From the NCBI GenBank assembly GCA_017992455.1, contig JAGOOP010000001.1:123723-187722 (forward strand): a stretch of DNA of 64,000 nucleotides. The letters run 5' to 3'. The notes beneath the pieces are model-generated. The model worked only from the letters and a program-made list of their open reading frames with translations, was not told where the DNA came from and searched no databases. The position numbers were made by a program, and so were the translations under genes. Shown one piece after another: positions 17,870 to 24,321 of the stretch. The stretch is from Candidatus Omnitrophota bacterium (lineage in GTDB: Bacteria > Omnitrophota > Gorgyraeia > Gygaellales > Profunditerraquicolaceae). Each line of letters starts with the position of its first letter. The first letter of the stretch is position 1.

Positions 17870-19477
17870 ATGAAATGCGCCGTGTACGTGCGGGTTTCCA
17901 CCGAAGAACAAGCCAAAGCGGGTTACTCTCTCGCCGCCCAGACAGATAAGATAATTGAGTTTATACGCAACAAAGGCTGGACGCACACCGAAATTTATTG
18001 CGATGACGGCTACTCTGCCGCGACGCGGCGGCGGCCAGCACTTGAGCGTTTGCTGGCCGATTCAACGGCGCGGCAGTTTGACGCCGTCCTGGTGTATAAG
18101 ATCGACCGCTTCTCGCGCAACCTCAAAGACCTGCTCGATATTGTCGAACAATTGAGCAAGAACGCCGTCGGCTTCAAGTCGATAACCGAATTGATCGATA
18201 CCACCACCCCTGAAGGCCGCCTCATGTTCCACCAGTTCGGCTCATTCGCGCAATATGAGCGCGAACTGATCGCCCAACGCGTAATGCTTGGACTGCGTAA
18301 AAGATTCCAGTCCGGCATGTGGGTAAGCGGCGTAGCTCCCTTCGGCTACAAGCAAAAGAACGGAAAACTTGAACTTGTTGATAAAGAGGCGGCCGTCGTC
18401 AAGACCATGTTCGACCTCTACACCCAAAAGAACCTCGGCGTGATAAATATCGCCCGTTACTTAAATAACGCGGGACTACGGACACGGGCCGGAAATATGT
18501 GGAAGCCGACGGTCATTCACCACATTATCACAAATCCGACTTACACAGGTTGCATAATACGCGGCGGCGAGAGAGTAACCGGGGCTCACAAACCCATTGT
18601 TAAAGAGGAAACATTTAACCGTATAAAAGAGCTCCTTCCTACTCGCAAAGCGAAAACCCGCGTGTTTGTGAGCCCCAACCTCTTCACCGGGTTCATATTC
18701 TGCGGCTGCGGCGCTCCCATGCACATGATTTATCCAGGACTGCCAAATAAGATTCGTTATAAATACTATGCCTGCTCCCGGCGCATAGCCTATAAAGACT
18801 GCAAAACCGAATATCTACGCCAGGACATCTTAGAAACCAGTGTTTTAGATCAGCTAAACAAGCTTGCCACTGATAAACCAAGACTGACCGCGATAATAAC
18901 CCTTCTTAAAAACCAGAACAACAAGCTTTTACCTGGCTTGCGCCGCAGCCGCCTGGAGCTGTCGCAAAATATCAGCGGTCTGACACAGCAAAAAAACGGG
19001 TTATTAAAATGGATGAGCGCAAAAGAAGCAAAACCTTATACGCTGAACGTACTCAATGAGAAATTCGAGAAGATCGAGCTTGAACTAAACGAATTAACGC
19101 ACAAGTTGTGGCAGACCGACGAGGAATTGAGTAAGAGGTCGCGCTTTGGCTTGTCTTCGGAGAAAGTCGCCTTGTGGCTTAAGCAAGTGATCAAGACTTA
19201 CGCGGATTCCGACCGGCAGGAGAAAAAAAGAATTTTGTCTGAGGTTTTGGAAAAGATCACAGTAAAATCAAAAGACGAAGTTCACCTATTCTTGAATTTG
19301 CCCCGCCGAATTTTCGCCGAAAACGCGAATTTTGGCGCTCTGTCCCGAGGGACAGAGCCTTTGGGGTCAACCGTTCAATTTGGTGCCCTTCGTCTGAAGA
19401 ATACCCAAAAGGCTGTTTGTCAATTAACCTACTCGATTCAATCCTACTACCAAAAGAAAGATCAGTCAAGAGAATAG
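17870..19477 (+). CDS. Large serine recombinase (resolvase domain, recombinase domain, zinc ribbon, coiled coil)
   Basis: The ATG at 17870 follows a GGAGG Shine-Dalgarno. The protein reads MKCAVYVRVSTEEQAKAGYSL...VLVYKIDRFSRN..., then CGCGAPMH...YYACSRRIAYKDCK as the zinc ribbon, then a long coiled coil. The last 68 codons lie inside the inverted repeats. The TTG-started N-terminal extension in the ORF track (17669) is repeat DNA. Confidence 0.9.
   Translation: MKCAVYVRVSTEEQAKAGYSLAAQTDKIIEFIRNKGWTHTEIYCDDGYSAATRRRPALERLLADSTARQFDAVLVYKIDRFSRNLKDLLDIVEQLSKNAVGFKSITELIDTTTPEGRLMFHQFGSFAQYERELIAQRVMLGLRKRFQSGMWVSGVAPFGYKQKNGKLELVDKEAAVVKTMFDLYTQKNLGVINIARYLNNAGLRTRAGNMWKPTVIHHIITNPTYTGCIIRGGERVTGAHKPIVKEETFNRIKELLPTRKAKTRVFVSPNLFTGFIFCGCGAPMHMIYPGLPNKIRYKYYACSRRIAYKDCKTEYLRQDILETSVLDQLNKLATDKPRLTAIITLLKNQNNKLLPGLRRSRLELSQNISGLTQQKNGLLKWMSAKEAKPYTLNVLNEKFEKIELELNELTHKLWQTDEELSKRSRFGLSSEKVALWLKQVIKTYADSDRQEKKRILSEVLEKITVKSKDEVHLFLNLPRRIFAENANFGALSRGTEPLGSTVQFGALRLKNTQKAVCQLTYSIQSYYQKKDQSRE
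19275..19387. repeat. Inverted repeat A, right copy (113 bp)
   Basis: It is the reverse complement of 17651-17763 (112/113) and lies inside the 3' end of the recombinase gene. Confidence 0.95.
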
Positions 19478-19779
19478 GCCCCGCCCGCTTGGCCGCGGGC
19501 TTCGTTGTGCCGGTGGCGTCGCTTCGCCCCGCGTGACGCGGGGCTGCGCTGGACGGCCGCTTAGGTCAGCGGCCTGGAGCTAATGCAGTCCGGGCTCGGC
19601 TCGGCTGCGGCTGGGGCTGGGTGGGGGCAGCCCCAGCCGCGCGTCCTCTCGCACCGCTGTTAAATCCCCCAGGTCGTACGCTGTGCCGCAATTAACAAAT
19701 AGAAAAACTCGGCGGTGCGGCACGCCGAGCCTCTTGGTGGATAGGTTTGAAAAGTCGCTAAGTAAACCTACACCCCGAT
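19381..19779. repeat. Inverted repeat B, left copy (399 bp)
   Basis: It is the exact reverse complement of 22528-22926, checked block by block by eye. It begins with TGGTGCC, which is shared with repeat A. Confidence 0.95.
19702..19729 (-). terminator. Rho-independent terminator inside repeat B, facing out of the cargo segment (mirror copy on the + strand at 22578-22605)
   Basis: The minus strand reads CUCGGCG-UGCCGCAC-CGCCGAG followed by UUUUUC, about 100 nt downstream of the last cargo gene. Confidence 0.6.
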
Positions 19780-19830
19780 AACACTGTTATTTTTTTAAGG
19801 GGGCACCTTTTAAGGATGCCCCCTTTCGAA

Positions 19831-20262
19831 CTATCTGTATTTTACGAATTTGGTATTCCCAAGCTCGTAATAATAGTACCAAACTTCCGAAACATTAACG
19901 TTATGTTTTGATATGAGACGCAATGCTTCGTCACAATACTTGCTTGGTACAATCAACAGAAACTTGATACCTAGGCTTCCATAATCTTTCCATTGTTCCG
20001 CTTCTGAATCAGAAACAGACTCAGCGGTTTCAATTTCTTCAATTATGACAGCCGTACCTCTAGCCGAACCTAATGAATCAGGCAGCCATACTACAACATC
20101 AGGATAACGCGGATTAGACGCAGGTCCTACAAATTGATTCTTCTCCCCACCAGGATTAGTGCTCACTTTGTAACCCTTGCGTTGCATTTCTCCATAAGTC
20201 GCAGCTGACGCACTGACTATTCTATCATGCTCGGATTCTTCCAGGGTTGTACGAATAGCCAT
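19831..20262 (-). CDS. Hypothetical 143-aa alpha/beta protein; possible PD-(D/E)xK-like fold (weak)
   Basis: Start MAIRTTLEE at 20262, after a strong AGGAGGT Shine-Dalgarno. YPDVVVW...AVIIEEIET resembles a nuclease core without the canonical Lys. An RLISKH (Rx4H) string lies near the C-terminus. I recognise no family for it. Confidence 0.5.
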   Translation of the reverse strand: MAIRTTLEESEHDRIVSASAATYGEMQRKGYKVSTNPGGEKNQFVGPASNPRYPDVVVWLPDSLGSARGTAVIIEEIETAESVSDSEAEQWKDYGSLGIKFLLIVPSKYCDEALRLISKHNVNVSEVWYYYYELGNTKFVKYR

Positions 20263-20457
20263 TATTTTTTGGTATACCTCCTTCCTAAAATTTCTGTGGG
20301 GAAGTTGCCAAAAGTATTGACTTTTCACCTCCTTAGGATATACTAATGACAACGGCACTAACACAGATATTTAGTGTCCCAAGGGTGGATAAAAGGCCCC
20401 CAAGCCAAACTTTATCCGCCCTTTTTCTTTTATTCAAAGACCATCAGTAGTTAGTTA

Positions 20458-21096
20458 TCAAACCAAGAATTTATTTAGCTCATTTACTAATATATGTACG
20501 GTCGTAGAAGGTCTTCTGACGCTAGCGGGATGAGTAGCTATGTAACCAGATAGAAGTCGCGAGGCATTTCTTATTCCATCCCCCTGTTTGTTTAGAATAA
20601 GCTGGTAGATTTCAGTACTGTTTTTCTCGTAAGGCTTACCTAAAAGTGCGCTTAACCTGGTAATATATTCCGATCGTTTTGAGGCAGTTTGATGATATTG
20701 GAAGTGTAACAAGTACCATAACTCAAAACACTCATTAGAATAAGCCACTTTGATATCATGTTTTTTTGCCAACGCAATAGCCTTTTCAAAGTTATCATCA
20801 GGATTATCATCTTTATCAAATACACACCAAATTTGATCAAACTTTATACCGTATGTTGCAGCATCTTTCTTGTACTTTATAGTCTTTTCTACAAGAGACA
20901 CTGTATTATCTCCCGGCCCAAAGATTTCGTCTTTTACTTGAGAGGAAGTTAACCGAAAACTGTTAAAATAATTAGGCTCAGTTTTCTCCCCTTCACAGAC
21001 AATTAAGAAAGTTTCTCTAACTGTCCTGACGGCAACTTGCCTTTTAGCGATTCTTGACTGTTTTCTTTTCCAAAACGCGGCGTCCGGTTCTTTCAT
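20458..21096 (-). CDS. RloB-like (Toprim-related) protein, AbiLii-type
   Basis: The N-terminal FLIVCEGEKTEPNYF motif is characteristic of RloB-like proteins, followed by WCVFDKDD. Its start is in an ATGA overlap with the upstream ATPase stop. Confidence 0.75.
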   Translation of the reverse strand: MKEPDAAFWKRKQSRIAKRQVAVRTVRETFLIVCEGEKTEPNYFNSFRLTSSQVKDEIFGPGDNTVSLVEKTIKYKKDAATYGIKFDQIWCVFDKDDNPDDNFEKAIALAKKHDIKVAYSNECFELWYLLHFQYHQTASKRSEYITRLSALLGKPYEKNSTEIYQLILNKQGDGIRNASRLLSGYIATHPASVRRPSTTVHILVNELNKFLV

Positions 21097-22346
21097 TTTC
21101 TAAAAAGCGAGTTGTCTCCTCTAATAAAAGGAATAGCTCCATATTTGCCTGCAATGTAGTCTTTCTCAAAAGAAGCATCATTTCTAACTTTATATTCTGC
21201 CAAAGAATATAAATCAGTCGCCCCATATTTATTTTTTTCTGTTAGCCATATTTGATCTCTGCGGAAAATGCTTCTATTAAAAAGATTGGTATTGTGAGAA
21301 GCAAAAACTAATTGAGCATTCTTGGGGTTATTCTCAAGAGAATTAAATAATGTTATAAGAAATTTTATTAAAATAGGGTGGAGTTTCGCGTCAAGCTCAT
21401 CAACTACTATTATGCTCCCATTCTTAAGAGTGTCTAGAAAAGGCCCGGAAAGAGCAAAGAATTTCTTAGTGCCTTCGGATTCCTCTATCCCCAAATCAAA
21501 TTTAACCGAGGATATTGGCTTGTTTTCGTTATCAAATTTTGAGTGCAAAGTTTGGATGCTAACATTGAAAACTTGTCCCTCTGGGCCAAATTTTGCTTTT
21601 TCCTTTTCAGACATATCCTCATACTTTAACTGCGTTTCCTCTAAATTAATATCCTCGATTCCTAAATCGGCTTCTTTGAGAAATCTGAGAACATTTTTCC
21701 TGAATTCCTCATCCTTGATTCTTTCAAGAGTGAACGGAACAAGCCTTACGTCTATCAGCGTAGATATAATATGGAGGTTTTTCCCAAACCAATTTAAGAT
21801 CTCTTTTGAAATCTCGCCATTCCATTGAGCAACAACCGATAAGAAGAGCGCATTAGGTCTAGTTATTTTCTCCTTTCCTTTGCCTTCTTTAAAATGCGTT
21901 CCGATTTGAAAGTTGTCCCCTTCTCTTACGAAAAGTTGAGTTTCTTTTCTAATCGGAACGCTAAAAAGCCATTCTCGTACTACCTTTTCTCTATCAACCT
22001 GAAAACCATATCTATACCTTGTTTCTTTATGAATAAAAACTACTTCGAAAAGAGATGGTTTATCATCTGTTTCAGCACTCAATTTAAAGTTTGTGACATT
22101 AATTCTTCCCTTATCTTGGGTAGAAGTTAAAACAAATTTTTTCATAAACCTCATTGCTCTAATCAAATTACTTTTCCCACTTGCGTTGGCTCCATAAATA
22201 ACTGCACTCTTCAATAACCTTAATTTATTGTTAGCTATAAATAGATTTGTATCCGCATGTTCTTTCTTAGCGGAAGCAACCATGCTGAAAGTTACAATAT
22301 CTTTAAAAGATAAGAAATTCCCTACACTAAATTCAATTATCATCAT
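21093..22346 (-). CDS. AAA15/AAA21-type ABC ATPase (AbiLi / AriA / OLD-ATPase class)
   Basis: Walker A is GANASGKSN, the signature-like motif is ESEGTKKF, Walker B is IIVVDELDAKLHP and the H-loop is FASHN. The N-terminus MIIEFSVGNFLSFKD is typical of the family. Confidence 0.85.
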   Translation of the reverse strand: MMIIEFSVGNFLSFKDIVTFSMVASAKKEHADTNLFIANNKLRLLKSAVIYGANASGKSNLIRAMRFMKKFVLTSTQDKGRINVTNFKLSAETDDKPSLFEVVFIHKETRYRYGFQVDREKVVREWLFSVPIRKETQLFVREGDNFQIGTHFKEGKGKEKITRPNALFLSVVAQWNGEISKEILNWFGKNLHIISTLIDVRLVPFTLERIKDEEFRKNVLRFLKEADLGIEDINLEETQLKYEDMSEKEKAKFGPEGQVFNVSIQTLHSKFDNENKPISSVKFDLGIEESEGTKKFFALSGPFLDTLKNGSIIVVDELDAKLHPILIKFLITLFNSLENNPKNAQLVFASHNTNLFNRSIFRRDQIWLTEKNKYGATDLYSLAEYKVRNDASFEKDYIAGKYGAIPFIRGDNSLFRK

Positions 22347-22426
22347 TATCTCCTGGGTTACAGTATCTATTAGGCATATTTTTGGACAAAGTCCACAAAT
22401 TACAATCCTATTTTATCCACAAAAGA

Positions 22427-22454
22427 AGTATAACTCAAAAATATAAAATGTCAA
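22427..22454 (-). promoter_or_regulatory. Sigma70-like promoter of the cargo operon
   Basis: The minus strand reads TTGACA (22454-22449)-N16-TATACT (22432-22427). Downstream lies a TGGAC-TTT-GTCCA palindrome (22383-22395) that could be an operator. Confidence 0.55.
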
Positions 22455-22527
22455 GCTTTTTTGTGATATTTACTCAAAAACTAGTTTTATTATTGTAGCA
22501 GCGCCATAATCGAAGTGGTTTCTAGGA

Positions 22528-22926
22528 ATCGGGGTGTAGGTTTACTTAGCGACTTTTCAAACCTATCCACCAAGAGGCTCGGCGTGCCGCACCGCCGAGT
22601 TTTTCTATTTGTTAATTGCGGCACAGCGTACGACCTGGGGGATTTAACAGCGGTGCGAGAGGACGCGCGGCTGGGGCTGCCCCCACCCAGCCCCAGCCGC
22701 AGCCGAGCCGAGCCCGGACTGCATTAGCTCCAGGCCGCTGACCTAAGCGGCCGTCCAGCGCAGCCCCGCGTCACGCGGGGCGAAGCGACGCCACCGGCAC
22801 AACGAAGCCCGCGGCCAAGCGGGCGGGGCCTATTCTCTTGACTGATCTTTCTTTTGGTAGTAGGATTGAATCGAGTAGGTTAATTGACAAACAGCCTTTT
22901 GGGTATTCTTCAGACGAAGGGCACCA
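22528..22926. repeat. Inverted repeat B, right copy (399 bp)
   Basis: It is the exact reverse complement of 19381-19779 and ends in GGGCACCA at the right boundary of the element. Confidence 0.95.
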
Positions 22927-22950
22927 GACTGATAGCCAAAAACATAGAAA

Positions 22951-22987
22951 ACATAGGGACGGTTCTCTTCGAGAACCGTCCCTATGT
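22951..22987. terminator. Bidirectional terminator in the chromosomal flank right of the element
   Basis: A perfect 17-bp stem ACATAGGGACGGTTCTC / GAGAACCGTCCCTATGT with a 3-nt loop and T-rich tracts on both sides. It lies downstream of the minus-strand gene 23023..24072. Confidence 0.7.
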
Positions 22988-22990
22988 TTT

Positions 22991-23016
22991 AAATAATTCT
23001 GACCCCGTTTTTAGCC
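22991..23016. repeat. REP-like element, single copy (AAATAATTCTGACCCCGTTTTTAGCC)
   Basis: The same 26-mer recurs at 24296-24321 and 60846-60871. Its reverse complement recurs at 24265-24290 and 60792-60817, and a partial copy lies at 27990-28011. Confidence 0.85.
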
Positions 23017-23022
23017 TTTTTA

Positions 23023-24072
23023 TCAGTCGTTGATGACGATTGTGCCGTTCTCGCACGAAATACTGTTGATCCGCATGAGATTGAGGCCGTTGGCGGAATT
23101 GGGCACCAGTTCATAAACCACGCCGTCAAGGCTCAGGACAAGCTCGCTCAACTGCTGCGCACTGGGTTCAGAAACCAGGGGCTTTCCGGTCACGATGTCG
23201 AATTCCACGGTCCCGTATTCTCCGTCATAATCGGTGCCTCCCATGCGCAGGGCAGTCCCTCCCTCAAGGACCTCGACGCTCGACAGGTCTCCGGTCCCCT
23301 CATCAAAAAGGGTCAGCGGGAAAATAGTCAATGCATCGGAGGAGGTCGTCACGAGCCCGAACCAGGCTGAATTGTCTGCCCTGACCGCCATCGCATTGGG
23401 CTCAGCCGCCATCACAACGCCTGAAAACTCGCGGTCTCCTGCGGTGAAAGATATTTCCTGGCCCACATACTGCTGGCTGCCGGACCTGACCATGGCGAGG
23501 ACTGCCGGATCAACCCCGCTATAGGTCCATTCCCCCGCGTTATTCGTGTTGATCTGAGGCGCTGTTGCCGGCACGTATCCTGTTGCTGGAATGACCGGCG
23601 AGACTGCCGGGCCCGGAGCAGGAGAAACAGGCGCTGCGGGAGCCGGAGAAACAGGCTGGGCCGATGTTGCAGGAGCTGTTTGCCCCGGCATCTGAAATAC
23701 CTGCGTCTGAACGTGCGCGGTCAGGACCGGCGTTACCATCGCCGCCTGGCGAATGGATATCGCGGGCGCGACTGCGGTCGTGTCCACTGCGTGGAACGTC
23801 TGGATCGCGGGCCTGAACGTATAGGTGTCCGCGAGGGCCGCCATGCGGTCCTGCAGGAAAGTTTCAGAGGTCTGGAACGAAAACTGCGAGAGATCCGGCT
23901 TCTGCCACTGCCCCGCCGTTTCCGAAGACGCATTCATCGTGTGTGACGGAGATTCATACACATAAGAACTGAAATCATAGGCATAGGCTGATGCTGCAAA
24001 AAAAATGCCTGCTGCGCACGCGGCAAAGAACAAAACCGCTGCTGCAGAAGAGGATTTCATCTGACTGCACAT
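23023..24072 (-). CDS. Secreted protein of unknown function with Pro/Ala-rich linker
   Basis: It has a signal peptide (AAVLFFAACAAGIFFAASAYA), a PVSPAPAAPVSPAPGPAVSPVIP linker and a C-terminal region that looks beta-rich. I recognise no family. Confidence 0.6.
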   Translation of the reverse strand: MCSQMKSSSAAAVLFFAACAAGIFFAASAYAYDFSSYVYESPSHTMNASSETAGQWQKPDLSQFSFQTSETFLQDRMAALADTYTFRPAIQTFHAVDTTAVAPAISIRQAAMVTPVLTAHVQTQVFQMPGQTAPATSAQPVSPAPAAPVSPAPGPAVSPVIPATGYVPATAPQINTNNAGEWTYSGVDPAVLAMVRSGSQQYVGQEISFTAGDREFSGVVMAAEPNAMAVRADNSAWFGLVTTSSDALTIFPLTLFDEGTGDLSSVEVLEGGTALRMGGTDYDGEYGTVEFDIVTGKPLVSEPSAQQLSELVLSLDGVVYELVPNSANGLNLMRINSISCENGTIVIND

Positions 24073-24112
24073 GGAACACTCCTTTGTTTGATTTGATCGC
24101 CGGCGGTACGCG

Positions 24113-24162
24113 ATAAAAAACCACGATCCTTAAGATAGAATGAATTCTATCAAGAACCGTGG
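24113..24162 (-). terminator. Long hairpin plus U-tract in the leader of gene 23023..24072
   Basis: On the minus strand, CCACGGUUCUUGAUAGAAU...AUUCUAUCUUAAGGAUCGUGG is followed by UUUUUU. The stem arms are nearly identical to those of the hairpin at 4967-5008. Confidence 0.5.
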
Positions 24163-24264
24163 CTGATTCATGTCTGCGCTGAATGTGCGATATACTTTAT
24201 AAAGATAGCACATGCCAGACGTTTTTTCAAGGTCGGGAATAAAAATATTTTTGAATTACACCAA

Positions 24265-24321
24265 GGGCTAAAAACGGGGTCAGAATTATTTATTAAATAA
24301 TTCTGACCCCGTTTTTAGCCC
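24265..24321. repeat. REP-like element, head-to-head pair forming a 57-bp palindrome
   Basis: GGGCTAAAAACGGGGTCAGAATTATTTATTAAATAATTCTGACCCCGTTTTTAGCCC, immediately after the stop codon of the SGNH gene. Confidence 0.9.

Larger units (their letters stand above)
17651..22926. mobile_element. Small integrative element (5,269 bp between cores) inserted at the 3' end of tRNA-Leu
   Basis: A large serine recombinase gene lies next to the tRNA. The 7-bp direct repeat GGCACCA occurs at 17651-17657 and 22920-22926. The cargo segment is AT-rich compared with its GC-richer flanks. The internal nested inverted repeats are listed as separate features. Confidence 0.8.

Noticed and set aside
22515-22727. 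A 70-aa ORF inside the right copy of inverted repeat B.
   Set aside because: The translation is low-complexity (RLGLPPPSPSRSRAEPGLH). It spans the hairpin-dense GC-rich module and has no Shine-Dalgarno. It is more plausibly non-coding.
17651-22926. An interpretation of the element as a composite transposon or IS with terminal inverted repeats, or as a prophage remnant.
   Set aside because: No DDE/IS transposase or phage structural genes are present. The inverted repeats are not at the two termini. They form two nested pairs that meet at an internal junction, while the termini carry a 7-bp direct repeat of the tRNA 3' end, which fits site-specific serine-recombinase integration. I cannot exclude an assembly or MDA chimera from sequence alone. 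However, the repeat junction coincides with the tRNA-derived core and a dyad-symmetric att-like site, which argues against an artefact.
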